Positions 29,308 through 38,963 of a stretch of 64,000 nucleotides of DNA are shown here, one piece after another. The DNA is from Candidatus Eiseniibacteriota bacterium (GTDB taxonomy: Bacteria > Eisenbacteria > RBG-16-71-46 > CAIMUX01). The stretch spans positions 100,693 through 164,692 of the forward strand of contig JAWKQE010000014.1 of assembly GCA_041390305.1 (NCBI GenBank), given 5' to 3'. The translations under genes and the position numbers were made by a program. A model generated the notes under the pieces. It made no database searches. It was not told the origin of the DNA and saw only the letters and a list, made by a program, of their open reading frames with translations. The number at the start of each line of letters is the position of its first letter. Position 1 is the stretch's first letter.

Positions 29308-30684
29308 GTGACCGAGACCAACGGTGAGAGCCGGCTGGCGACCGTCCAGCTCCTCCTCCCCGACCTCCGGGAAGCCATCGGCGTAGACCCGGCATCCGCG
29401 GCCGGGCTGTTCGAGGAGCTCCATCCGGCCGACGGCGTCGATCTCATCTCGGCCCTCGAGGACGAGGAGATCCTGACCCTCTTCACGAACCTCCCACCCG
29501 CCGACACGGCGACGCTGACCGCGTTCATGGAGGCGTCCACCGCGTACGAGCTCCTCCGGCAGCTGCCCTCGGAACTCGTCGCGGACATCCTGGAGGAGAT
29601 GGATCCGGACGACGGCGCCGAGCTTCTCGCGGAGTTCGAGGACGACGAGCAGGCGCAGGTCCTCTCCCAGATGGAGAAGGAGGACCGCGAGGAGACCGAA
29701 GCGCTCCTCGCACACGAAGAGGAAACAGCCGGACGTCTCATGACGCCGCACTTCGTGACCGTTCCGATCGAAGGAACGGCTGCGACGGCGATCGAACGCG
29801 CGCGGGCCGGAGCGCGCGAAGAGTGGAGCATGCACTCCCTCTACGTGGTCGACGAGGCGCAGATCCTTCGTGGGCGTGTCACGCTCATGGAAGTGCTGGC
29901 GGCCGAACCGGACGCGAAGATCGCGGACCTCATGGACACGGACCCGCCCAAGGTCTACGTCGACACGGATCAGGAGGAGGTGGCTCGCGTCGTCTCGAAG
30001 TACGACCTCATCGCCGTCCCCGTGCTCGAGCGGAGCGGCGCCCTCGCCGGCATCATCACGGTCGACGACATGGTCGACATCCTGATCGAAGAAGGTACCG
30101 AGGACGCCCATCGACTCGGCGCCGTCGAGCCACTCGACAACCCCTACTTCTCGACCGGCTTCTGGGAGATGGCGTGGAAGCGGGGGATGTGGCTCTGCCT
30201 CCTCTTCTTCGTCACCATGTTCACCGGTACCGTGCTCCAGCACTCGTCCGACATGCTGACGCACACGCTCAACCTGATCCTCTTCGTGCCGCTCGTGATC
30301 GCCTCGGGAGGAAACTCGGGCGCGCAGTCGGCCACTCTCGTCACCCGCGCACTCGCCACGGGCGAAGTGCGGGTCGGGAACGCCATCCGCGTCGCCGGCC
30401 GGGAGATCGGGATGGGGCTCTCCCTCGGCTTCGTACTCGCGACCCTGGGCTTCGCGCGGGCACTCCTCTGGGACACGGGCGACCGCGTCGCGTGGATCGT
30501 CGCGATCACCCTCATCTGCGTCTGCACGTGGGGAGCGCTCCTCGGCTCGATGCTGCCGCTGCTCCTCAAGAAGGCGGGAATCGATCCGGCGATCGCATCG
30601 TCGCCGTTCGTCGCATCGATGGTCGACGTGTCGGGGATCCTGCTCTACATGGCGGTCGCCCACGCCATCCTTCACGTTCCGTGA
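29308..30684 (+). CDS. mgtE: magnesium transporter MgtE
   Basis: GTG follows GGAGGAA. It has the MgtE N-domain, a CBS pair (VYVVDEAQILRGRVTLMEVL; IAVPVLERSGALAGIITVDD) and a C-terminal 5-TM channel (GNSGAQSATL). Confidence 0.85.
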   Translation: MTETNGESRLATVQLLLPDLREAIGVDPASAAGLFEELHPADGVDLISALEDEEILTLFTNLPPADTATLTAFMEASTAYELLRQLPSELVADILEEMDPDDGAELLAEFEDDEQAQVLSQMEKEDREETEALLAHEEETAGRLMTPHFVTVPIEGTAATAIERARAGAREEWSMHSLYVVDEAQILRGRVTLMEVLAAEPDAKIADLMDTDPPKVYVDTDQEEVARVVSKYDLIAVPVLERSGALAGIITVDDMVDILIEEGTEDAHRLGAVEPLDNPYFSTGFWEMAWKRGMWLCLLFFVTMFTGTVLQHSSDMLTHTLNLILFVPLVIASGGNSGAQSATLVTRALATGEVRVGNAIRVAGREIGMGLSLGFVLATLGFARALLWDTGDRVAWIVAITLICVCTWGALLGSMLPLLLKKAGIDPAIASSPFVASMVDVSGILLYMAVAHAILHVP

Positions 30685-30754
30685 TCACAGTCCGCCAGCG
30701 GTGAGAGGCCACCAGGAGGCGACCCAATCCGGCCGCCTCCCTGGGTTCAGCCAC

Positions 30755-31627
30755 CTACTCTCGGAAGCTGCTCTTCAGCGTGCCCCAGGTCGTACCCACC
30801 GTCGGCGTGGGGTTGCACGGGTTCGGGTCGCACCCCGTACCGTCACCCTGATAGGCGCCGTCGTCCGCCTCACAACCGTCCACCGATTCGAGAACGCAGT
30901 CGCCACTCGAGAGGCAGCACGCCCCCACCACCTCGGGGATCCGATATGGATTGCTACCGGACGCGCCGTTGAGTCCCATCGAGCCGCGGTTCTGGAGCGG
31001 GATCTCATCGAGAACGGCCGGGATGGAGTCGTCCGCGAACGCGGCCCCGTCCGCTCCGGCTGGAAAGTCGGCGATCTGAATGGCCATCTCGCCGCCGTAG
31101 TAGGAGTAGGCCGCGAACCAGTAGACCGGAAACCCCGTTCGCGCGACAGGCTGCTCGAACGTGACCGCCGTACCCGAACCCAGGTACTCGGGCCATCCGT
31201 CGGAGAACACCTCGAAGGCTCCACATTTGCCGTGGCCGACGAAGACCGGAGTCTGATCCACGGGCCACGAGAGCCCGAACTGGACAGCAGAGACGCGCGG
31301 ACAGGATGAAGGCGGAAACGCGGCAATGGCCCAGAAGACGCTGACGTCGGTGCCTCGATTCGAGGTCGGGTTCAGGCCGACGAGCGTCTGGGCGCAATCG
31401 AAGTGGTCGTCTGTACAGTCCGGGTCGGCCGTGCACACCGATCCGAGCAGATCACAGTAGGCACTTGGACCGTCCGAAGTGTAGACGACAGAGTCGTCGG
31501 TATGGAGGAGTAGGTATCCGTCGGCGTTCTGCCCCGCAACCGCGGGGAACGAAGTGACCGCGAGGAGAGTGGAGAGAACGAAGACGGGACTCAGCCCGAG
31601 CGAATCGCGCAGTTTCGTAACTCGCAT
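30755..31627 (-). CDS. secreted hypothetical protein with Cys-rich C-terminal module
   Basis: ATG 31627 follows GAGGT. It has a signal peptide (LSPVFVLSTLLAVTSFPAVAG). The C-terminal module is GACCLSSGDCVLESVDGCEADDGAYQGDGTGCDPNPC. Confidence 0.6.
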   Translation of the reverse strand: MRVTKLRDSLGLSPVFVLSTLLAVTSFPAVAGQNADGYLLLHTDDSVVYTSDGPSAYCDLLGSVCTADPDCTDDHFDCAQTLVGLNPTSNRGTDVSVFWAIAAFPPSSCPRVSAVQFGLSWPVDQTPVFVGHGKCGAFEVFSDGWPEYLGSGTAVTFEQPVARTGFPVYWFAAYSYYGGEMAIQIADFPAGADGAAFADDSIPAVLDEIPLQNRGSMGLNGASGSNPYRIPEVVGACCLSSGDCVLESVDGCEADDGAYQGDGTGCDPNPCNPTPTVGTTWGTLKSSFRE

Positions 31628-31997
31628 TGACTACCTCGATGGGTTTTAGACCAACCGTTGTGGATCCCGACAGAGAGCGGTCAAGCGAAACAGGGTCTCC
31701 GCGACGCAGCGCACGAGCAACACGGCACATCGGTCGCGAGGTGCCCGTGGTTCTTGTGTCTGCGGGTCGTGGTGGAGAGGAAGGACACCACGTTCCGGAA
31801 GGGGTATGAGGGCACCATACACGAGTCCCCGGGCGAACAGAAAGCGTGAAAGCAGCAACCTTCGGACAGTGTGCTGTGCGCCCGGCACACGGCAGTAACG
31901 CCGGCGCGCTCGGCGGGGAGCTTCGTCTTCGCCAACGGAACTCGGGGGAAAGAGAACGACGACCCCAGGCAGGGCCGTCGTCTCGCAATACTCATTC

Positions 31998-32028
31998 GCG
32001 CGCCCGGCTCCCAGAGGCTTGGGCGCGC
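31998..32028 (-). terminator. stem-loop 20 nt downstream of rpmG
   Basis: GCGCGCCC (31998-32005) pairs with GGGCGCGC (32021-32028) around a 15-nt loop. There is no strong U-tract. Confidence 0.35.
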
Positions 32029-32047
32029 ACGCGGAACCGGAAGAAGC

Positions 32048-32209
32048 CTACTTCTCTTCCTTGAAGAGGACGTGCTTGCGGATCACCGGATCGTACTTCC
32101 GGAGCTGCATCCGGTCCGGATGCTTCCGCTTGTTCTTCTCGGTGTGGTACTGGTACGGGCTCTCCGTACTCTTCATCTTGATGTGGATGCGATCACCCTT
32201 GGCCGCCAT
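32048..32209 (-). CDS. rpmG: 50S ribosomal protein L33
   Basis: This gene is below the ORF-track length cutoff. My hand translation gives MAAKGDRIHIKMKSTESPYQYHTEKNKRKHPDRMQLRKYDPVIRKHVLFKEEK* (53 aa). GGAGGAG lies just upstream of the ATG, and the pattern (Y.T.KNKR..P.R..LRKYDP..RKHV.FKE.K) is classic L33. Confidence 0.85.
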   Translation of the reverse strand: MAAKGDRIHIKMKSTESPYQYHTEKNKRKHPDRMQLRKYDPVIRKHVLFKEEK

Positions 32210-32293
32210 GGCTCCTCCTCGTTCACCCTACTTTCGGCAACAGTCCAAGATAGATGGAGGAAACCCTCCCGAGAGATCAAGCCCGTTCGAGAC

Positions 32294-33613
32294 TCAGAGC
32301 GTGAACTCGAAGTTCCGCAACAAGATACCAGGCACCCGATGACTGCCGGAGGACCGTCCCCCGTAGGTATCGGAGACGACCAGGAACTCGGGCTCCGAGG
32401 TCAGGTCCTGGAGCTCGGACCCGAGCACCCGGTAGGCCGACTCGTCGAATCGCATCACCTTCACCGGTGCGACGATCTCGCCGTCCTCGACCCAGAAGGT
32501 CGCGAACCGGGTCATCCCGGTCATCCGGCAGGCCGTCCGGTCGGAGAAGTTCATGTACCAGAGATTGTTCACGTAGAGCCCGGTACCGAGCTCCCGAAGG
32601 ACGTCCGACGGAGCCAATCCGCCGGGGGCGAGGTCGAGCGAGATCGGCGACTCCCATGCTCCGGCGTTCACGGCGGCACCGAACTCCTTGGAGGAGCGCG
32701 GCGACACGAGCGGGTCCCTGAACTTCCCGTCCTCGACCAACACGACCTCGTCCGGCCGGAGATACCCCTCGCTCTGGAAGCCCGGAGCGATCCCGCCCCG
32801 CGTGTTCTCCCGAAGCGTGACCCGCGGATCGAGGGACAGCTCGCCCTCACTCAGCCTCAGCAGGTTCGACTGCTTCGTGCGATGCGCGCGGAGACCGAAG
32901 GCCCCCCAGCTCATCGTGTCGAGGAACTCCTGCACGGCGGCGGGCGCGAGGTAGACGCGGTACTTACCGGGAGCCACGGTACGCGGCTCCCGCTTCATGA
33001 TCTCGAGCTGCGCGCGCGTCGACTCCATGATCTGGCGAAACCGCGCCGAGTCCCACTCGAAGCCGGAGTAGGACGCCTTCACGGCCCGGTCCTCGACGTG
33101 GAAGAGACTCCAGTCGAGGAGGAAGCTGTGACGTTCCTCCCAGTTCCGCTGGCCGAGCGAGTTCGCGAATCCGAACCGCATCGGCCCGCACGCGAGGGAT
33201 CCGACGAAGTCGAGTCCGGCCGCGGTCTCTTCGACGTCGCGGAGCACGGTATCGGGATCGGGTAGACGGTTCTCGTCGGACCGGTCCGTCGAGTGCACTT
33301 CCTCCGAGTAGAGAACGAACGGGTCCGCGGGCACGACGCCGAGCCGCTCCCGGAGAGTGTCGATCGCCGCCCGGCAGCGCGCGTCGTCCGCCTCCACGTC
33401 GCCCGTGATCGAGACGATCGTGGCGCAGGACCGATCTCCGCGGATCAGGTTGAGGTTCATGTACGCCTGGTCCACCGTGCCGCACTGGCGGATCCGTCCC
33501 CCGTTCCAGCGGACGAAGTCCGAGGTCTCCTGGTCGAGGTTCGCGAGGAGCACCTCGTCCTTCTGGAGCTCCTTCGATCGACGGTCGACGAGGTCGAAGA
33601 ACTGTTCCTTCAT
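32294..33613 (-). CDS. pmbA: TldD/PmbA-family metallopeptidase (PmbA-like partner)
   Basis: Start at MKEQFFDLV (ATG 33613), 1 nt after the tldD stop (TGAgATG). It has the PmbA_TldD fold pattern and lacks HExxxH. Confidence 0.75.
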   Translation of the reverse strand: MKEQFFDLVDRRSKELQKDEVLLANLDQETSDFVRWNGGRIRQCGTVDQAYMNLNLIRGDRSCATIVSITGDVEADDARCRAAIDTLRERLGVVPADPFVLYSEEVHSTDRSDENRLPDPDTVLRDVEETAAGLDFVGSLACGPMRFGFANSLGQRNWEERHSFLLDWSLFHVEDRAVKASYSGFEWDSARFRQIMESTRAQLEIMKREPRTVAPGKYRVYLAPAAVQEFLDTMSWGAFGLRAHRTKQSNLLRLSEGELSLDPRVTLRENTRGGIAPGFQSEGYLRPDEVVLVEDGKFRDPLVSPRSSKEFGAAVNAGAWESPISLDLAPGGLAPSDVLRELGTGLYVNNLWYMNFSDRTACRMTGMTRFATFWVEDGEIVAPVKVMRFDESAYRVLGSELQDLTSEPEFLVVSDTYGGRSSGSHRVPGILLRNFEFTL

Positions 33614-33614
33614 C

Positions 33615-35042
33615 TCACTCCCCCCCGAAGACGTCGACGTTGGTGAAGAGGCAGGTGGGCGCGGCGTGTCCCGCACGCGCAGTCTGGCTCGGCTCGCCCT
33701 TTCCGCAGTTCGGCGTCCCGAGCACCATGAACGTCGACTCGTTGCCGACCGCCGCCAGGCTCCGCCAGAAGGTGGCGGAGATGCCGCGGTAGTTCGGCTT
33801 CCGGACGAGATGGGTGAGCTTCCCGTTCTCGATCCTTCTCCCCCACTCGCACCCGAACTGGAACTTGTTCCTCGAGTCGTCGATCGACCAGCTCGTATTC
33901 GTCTTCATGTACACGCCGTCCTCGACGCGAGCGATCATCTCGCCCAGCGTCGCGTCACCCGGCTCGAGGTTGACGTTCGCCATCCGGTCGATCGGGGGAC
34001 GGGTCCAGCCGTTCGCGCGCGAGCAGGCGACGCCGGGAACGCCGGCGCGCTGCTGCGAGATGTGTCCACCCAGCGCGCGCTCCAGGATCCCGTTCCGGAT
34101 GAGGAACTCCCGCGTCGCGGTGAGCCCTTCGTCGTCGAACCCGTAGCTCGCGAACTCCTCGGTCCGGGTCGGGTCGTACGTGATGTTGAGGAGATCCGAG
34201 CCGTAGCGGTAGCTGCCGAACATGTCCGGCGTGACGAAGCTCCGGCCCGCGTAGTTCCGTTCGTCGCCGAGGATCCGGTCGAGCTCGAGCGGATGGCCGA
34301 TCGACTCGTGGACCTGGAGGATGACCTGATCCGGATCGAGGACGACATCCATGTTCCCCGTCGGACAGTCCGGCGCGGAGAGGAGCTCGAGTACTTCGTC
34401 TCTCAGCTCGGGCCCGATCGTGTCGAGCCCGCACTCCGACACCACCTCGTATCCGCCCTGTCGGCAGTACCCGCGTCCCCCGAGCGAGCGGGACAGCGTC
34501 TGTCCGTCCGCGTGTGCCGTGACCGCGATCGAAGGAACGATGTGATCGAAGCTCTGTTCGACCCGTCCCCCATCGTTCGTCAGGTAGAGGGTCTCGCGGT
34601 GGACGTAGGAGATCGACACGTCGCGCTGGACGATCCGCGGATCGCCGCCCACCCGCGCACACTCCTCGCGCAGGAGCGAGATCTTGTCGGAGAGCGGCAC
34701 CGAGGCCCAGGGAGTCCGGACCGGCGTCGTGTAGTTCCCCTTCGGATGGGGCATGACGATCTTGGAGAAGTCGGTCACCGTCCGCCCGCGCGAACTGGCG
34801 GCCCAGGTGCGGGCGCGATCGACCGCCTTCGCGAGGCCTCCCGACGTGAGGTCGGCCGTCGCGGCGTATCCGACTCCCCCACCGTCCACCACCGTGATCA
34901 TCGCCCCCACGTCACTACTGCTCCGCACGGGGAGCACGATGTCGTCGCGGACGTAGAGAAACTCCTGGGCTTCGTTCTCGAGCCTCAGCGAACAGAACTC
35001 CACATCCGGAAGGACCTCCCGGAATCGGGCTTCCAGATCCAC
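33615..35042 (-). CDS. tldD: TldD-family zinc metallopeptidase
   Basis: GTG 35042 lies 5 nt after AAGGAGG. It has HESIGHPLE (HExxxH), GNESTFMVLGTPNCGKGEP and GHAAPTCLF near the C-terminus. Confidence 0.8.
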   Translation of the reverse strand: MDLEARFREVLPDVEFCSLRLENEAQEFLYVRDDIVLPVRSSSDVGAMITVVDGGGVGYAATADLTSGGLAKAVDRARTWAASSRGRTVTDFSKIVMPHPKGNYTTPVRTPWASVPLSDKISLLREECARVGGDPRIVQRDVSISYVHRETLYLTNDGGRVEQSFDHIVPSIAVTAHADGQTLSRSLGGRGYCRQGGYEVVSECGLDTIGPELRDEVLELLSAPDCPTGNMDVVLDPDQVILQVHESIGHPLELDRILGDERNYAGRSFVTPDMFGSYRYGSDLLNITYDPTRTEEFASYGFDDEGLTATREFLIRNGILERALGGHISQQRAGVPGVACSRANGWTRPPIDRMANVNLEPGDATLGEMIARVEDGVYMKTNTSWSIDDSRNKFQFGCEWGRRIENGKLTHLVRKPNYRGISATFWRSLAAVGNESTFMVLGTPNCGKGEPSQTARAGHAAPTCLFTNVDVFGGE

Positions 35043-35229
35043 TGCATCCTCCTTGGCTACCTCGATCGATGGGACCCGCGGGAGAGGGGGGGCTGGCGGG
35101 TTTCGGTTCCGGAGAGAGTAGTCGACCCTGGAGTGAGAATCGACCCCCGTGGTGGTGGGGCGTGGAGGCGTAGGCGTGCGGGAGACGCGTCCCAAGGCCG
35201 CGTGGCGGCCGCTCCGGGGACTGGCCGGT

Positions 35230-36134
35230 CTACTGCTCGCCGGCACCCGGCAGGGAGAGAAGGCTCCGGGAGCGATCGTGCCAGTGGGACAGGCTCGCCA
35301 CCTGGCCCTCGCTGAGCGACTCCTCCCGCTCATGCGGTTCGGGTACCCGGTAGTACCGCTTGCAGCGTCCGGCCGGAACACAGCAGACGGTTCCGTCGGC
35401 CGTGCGCACGTCGACCGCGCCTTCCAGCACGGAGATGCAGGTCTTCTCGTCGTCGGCGAGCACGGCAAAGGTGGTCCCGTGCACTTCCACGTCCGCGTCC
35501 GGCGCGACGATCCGGAGCGTCGAGCCGGGAAAGCGGGGGCCGGTCACGCAGGTCGCCATTCCGGTCCGGACCTCCGCCGTGTAGAGACGACCGTCCCGCG
35601 TCGTCGGCAGCGTCAGATCCGTTCGGGGCCGAGCTCGAGCGCGTAGAAACCGTCGTGCACGAGTTCCAGGACGAGGTTTCCCTCCGTCCGCACCCGTGCG
35701 CCGGACGCGAGCCGCTTCGAGAGTGCCTCGTCGGGCGAGACCGCGGAATCGTCCACGAACACCGCCCCGTACCCGGAGACGGCCGCGACCTGCCACGCCT
35801 TGTCCGCTCCCGGCCGGAAGAGGGTGAAGACGACCAGGATGATCGCAGCCGCGGCGAGCGTACCGAAGAGCGGCTGGATCCAGGACGCGCGCCGGCGCAT
35901 GGCGGTCGGCGCCCCAACCGACTCCGCGTCGGCGTCGAGCGGAGGCGGAGACGCGACCCGATCCAAGTCCACATCCTGAGCTCCGTGAACAGGGTCCAGG
36001 CCACCGGAAGCGAAGAGGTCGCCGATCCGGCTTCGGAACTCGGCCGGCGCGGGCACGTCACGCAGGGACCGGACCGCCTCCCGGGCCGCCTGCTCCTCCG
36101 CGCTCATCCGCTCGTCTTCTCGATTCTTTGCCAA
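35230..36134 (-). pseudogene. FecR-type anti-sigma factor, one frameshift near 35615-35632
   Basis: The N-terminal part (ORF 35613..36134) has an anti-sigma N-domain and a TM segment (IQPLFGTLAAAAIILVVFTLF). The FecR domain continues in another frame (ORF 35230..35796: LTLPTTRDGRLYTAEV...VEVHGTTFAVLADDEKTCISVLEGAVDV). Confidence 0.65.
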
Positions 36135-36138
36135 GACT

Positions 36139-36743
36139 TCAGCCCTTCAGCTTCTTCGCCAGCTCCGCCAGCGCGCGAGAGTACCGCTTCCTTGCCGCCA
36201 CGTGGGAGATGCCGGTCATCTCCGCCACTGCTTCGTGCCCGAGCCCTTGGTAGTCGTGCAGGATGATCGCGGCCCGGAGCGGCTCCGCGAGCGATTGAAT
36301 CGCCGCCTGGACCGAGGCTTCCCGCGAACTCACTTCGTACGACTCGGCCGGATCCGGTGACGACACCGCAAGACGCGTCCCCACTTCCGGCTTGTCCTCG
36401 ATAGATACGGTTCGGGTCGAGAGTTTGTGAGCCCCCGATCTCCAGATTTCACGACAGGTATTGTAAGGGATAGCGTTGAGCCAATATCGAGGATCTCTCA
36501 GGATCCAGTCGATGTGCCGCGCGGTGGACTTTGAAGAAGACGTCCTGGGTCACGTCCTCCGCGAGGGACTCCCCGACGAGCCGGAAGGCGAGGCTGTGCA
36601 CCATGTCGAGGTAGTGTTCGGAAGAACTCGCGGAGCGCCGCCGGCTCGCGGCTCTTCACCCCGGCCAGGACCTCTCGCGACGGAGGCTCGAGCCCTCGGG
36701 GGGCGGATTCCATCGAGTCTTTCTGTTCGGGGCTCAGTGCCAA
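36139..36743 (-). pseudogene. ECF (sigma-70 family) RNA polymerase sigma factor, two frameshifts (~36620 and ~36495)
   Basis: Hand translation shows three frames:
- REVLAGVKSREPAALREFF
- EHYLDMVHSLAFRLVGESLAEDVTQDVFFKVHRAAHRLDPER (region 2)
- PRYWLNAIPYNTCREIWRSG...PLRAAIILHDYQGLGHEAVAEMTGISHVAARKRYSRALAELAKKL (region 4). Confidence 0.7.
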
Positions 36744-36903
36744 GCAGTCTCCGGACCCAGTGCGGCCGGAAGATGCCGTGGAGGCATCCGGCCACGCCGA
36801 GCGAAACTCATCACGTATCGGGCCGACGCGAGGCGCGTCCGCCCGGCCCCCTGTCCACTAGCCTATGATCCAGGAGACACCTGTCGCAACCGCTGGAGGT
36901 TCG

Positions 36904-38169
36904 ATGCCCATTCCCCACGACGGTTCCAACCGGGACGTCGGCACAGGAGCCACCGATCCGCTCCTCCGCTACCGGGGCCGCTTCCCGATCCTGGACTCCT
37001 GCTGCTACCTCGTGAGCCACTCGCTCGGCGCGATGCCGCGGGAAGCCCGCGACGGCCTCCTCCGCTACGCCGACGAATGGGACGCCCGTGGCGTCCGGGC
37101 CTGGCGGGAGGGATGGTGGGACCTGCCGCTCGCCTTCGGGGATCAGCTCGCTCCCCTCCTCGGCGCGGAGGACGGAACGATCTGCATGCAGCCGAACGCG
37201 ACGCTCGCGAGCGCGATCCTCCTCTCGGCCCTGGACTTCGCGGGAAACGAGCGACAGGTGCCCGCAACCGGAGCACGGAACCGGATCGTCACGACGGACC
37301 TCGACTTCCCGTCGATGCTCTACCTCTACGACTCGATCGAACTCCCCGGAAGCGAGGTCGTCCGCGTCCCGACCCACGACGGACTCACGATCGACCCGGA
37401 GGAACTGATCGCGAACATCGACGAACGAACGAGACTCGTCGCGCTCTCGCACGTCGTCTTCCGCACGTCGTTCCTCCATGACGTCGGGCGGATCACGAGG
37501 CACGCCCACGCCGTGGGCGCGAGCGTGCTGCTCGACCTCTACCACTCGGCGGGTGTGGTGCCGTTCTCGCTGACGGAGCTCCAAGTCGACTTCGCCGTCG
37601 GTGGAAACCTCAAGTTCCTGCTCGGCGGGCCCGGCGTCGCGTTCCTCTACGTGAGACGTGACCTCCAGGACTCGCTCGTCCCCCGGACGACGGGATGGAT
37701 GGCGCACGCGGATCCGTTCGGGTTCCATCTGCCTCCGATCGAGCACGCCACGGGAATGGCCCGCTTCCTCCACGGAACGCCGGCCATCCCCGCCCTTCGC
37801 GCAGCCGAGCCGGGCCTCGCCATCGTGAAGGAAGTCGGGGTGCACGCGATCCGAGAGAAGAGCCTCCGGCTCACGCGGATCATCCTCGATCACGCCCGCG
37901 CCGCAGGGTGGGCCGTCCGTACCCCGGAGGAGGATGCCAGGCGCGGCGGCGTCGTCGGCCTGGAACCTGCCCACGCCTACGAGGTGTCACAGTGCCTCCT
38001 CGATCGTGGCGTCGTCATCGACTACCGTCCCGGCGGCGGGATCCGGATGGCCCCGCACTTCTACAACACCGAGACCGAGACCCGTCGGGCACTCGACGAG
38101 ATCGGCGACATCCTGGAGAGCGGTGCGTGGCGAACGTACGAGTCCACGGAACGGGAACGGGTCACGTGA
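36904..38169 (+). CDS. kynU: kynureninase
   Basis: I prefer ATG 36904 because GGAGG lies 4 nt upstream; the ORF-track start is 36865. The pattern matches bacterial kynureninase (DLYHSAGVVPFSL, GGNLKFLLGGPG with the PLP Lys, RGVVIDYRPGGGIRMAPHFYNT). Confidence 0.8.
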   Translation: MPIPHDGSNRDVGTGATDPLLRYRGRFPILDSCCYLVSHSLGAMPREARDGLLRYADEWDARGVRAWREGWWDLPLAFGDQLAPLLGAEDGTICMQPNATLASAILLSALDFAGNERQVPATGARNRIVTTDLDFPSMLYLYDSIELPGSEVVRVPTHDGLTIDPEELIANIDERTRLVALSHVVFRTSFLHDVGRITRHAHAVGASVLLDLYHSAGVVPFSLTELQVDFAVGGNLKFLLGGPGVAFLYVRRDLQDSLVPRTTGWMAHADPFGFHLPPIEHATGMARFLHGTPAIPALRAAEPGLAIVKEVGVHAIREKSLRLTRIILDHARAAGWAVRTPEEDARRGGVVGLEPAHAYEVSQCLLDRGVVIDYRPGGGIRMAPHFYNTETETRRALDEIGDILESGAWRTYESTERERVT

Positions 38170-38189
38170 AGGATGAGGAGTGGCGAAGG

Positions 38190-38834
38190 ATGAGGAGTGA
38201 CGAGCAAGTGAGGATCCACGACATCAGCCGTCCGCTCTCCCCCGCAACCGCACCCTGGCCGGGGGACCAGCCGTTCGAGCTCGAATGGGCCCTTCGGATC
38301 GGTCACGGAGAAGTCGTCAACCTGTCCTCGTTCCGGATGAGCCCGCACGTGGGTACCCACACCGACGCTCCGCTCCACGTCGAGGACGGCGGAGGAGCGA
38401 GCGACACCCTCGCGCTCGCGGCGTACTTCGGCCCCGCCCGCGTCCTCCAGGTCGAGGTCGGTCCCGATCACCTCATCGGCCCGGGCTGTCTCGAAGGGAT
38501 CGACATCGCGGCAACGCCCCGCATCCTCTTCCGCACGGGAACGGACCCGGACCCGACCCGATTCCCGGAGACGTTCGCGGCCTTCGCACCCGAAACGTGC
38601 CGGCGCCTCGCGGCCGAGGGCGCCGTCCTGGTCGGAATCGACACGCCGAGCGTCGACCCCGCGGACTCGAAGACGCTGGACGCACACCAAGCGCTGCTCG
38701 CCGGAAAGCTCCACTGGATCGAGAACCTGGACCTCTCGAGCGTCGCCCCGGGCATCTATGAGCTCGCGGCCTTTCCGCTCGCGATCGTCGGCGCCTGTGC
38801 CGCTCCCGTCCGCGCCGTGCTCATCGAGCGCTGA
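38190..38834 (+). CDS. kynB: kynurenine formamidase (cyclase-family arylformamidase)
   Basis: It has the HVGTHTDAPLH metal motif and is 214 aa from ATG 38190. An alternative GTG at 38166 overlaps the kynU stop. Confidence 0.75.
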   Translation: MRSDEQVRIHDISRPLSPATAPWPGDQPFELEWALRIGHGEVVNLSSFRMSPHVGTHTDAPLHVEDGGGASDTLALAAYFGPARVLQVEVGPDHLIGPGCLEGIDIAATPRILFRTGTDPDPTRFPETFAAFAPETCRRLAAEGAVLVGIDTPSVDPADSKTLDAHQALLAGKLHWIENLDLSSVAPGIYELAAFPLAIVGACAAPVRAVLIER

Positions 38835-38963
38835 CGCCGGGAGAAGACCGGGCGCCGTCACCCGTGCCGGCGCCGCGACGCGGCGGGACGCGGGCGCCGA
38901 CGGCGCCCGAGCCCGCCACGATGGAGGAGCCCCCGCCGGACCAGAGCCGGCCGTGGACGCCGT

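Noticed and set aside
31640-31990. RNase P, tmRNA or SRP RNA in the gap below rpmG (motifs such as GCAGTAACGCC, ACAGAAAGCG, GTGAAAGC).
   Set aside because: The motif order does not match RNase P RNA. The universal GAGGAAAGTCCGGGC element is absent on both strands.
33615-35042. The TldD/PmbA pair as part of a microcin- or RiPP-like maturation locus.
   Set aside because: The flanking gaps (32210-32293, 35043-35229) hold no small precursor-like ORF. The neighbours are rpmG and a sigma/anti-sigma pair. TldD/PmbA pairs are common housekeeping proteases.
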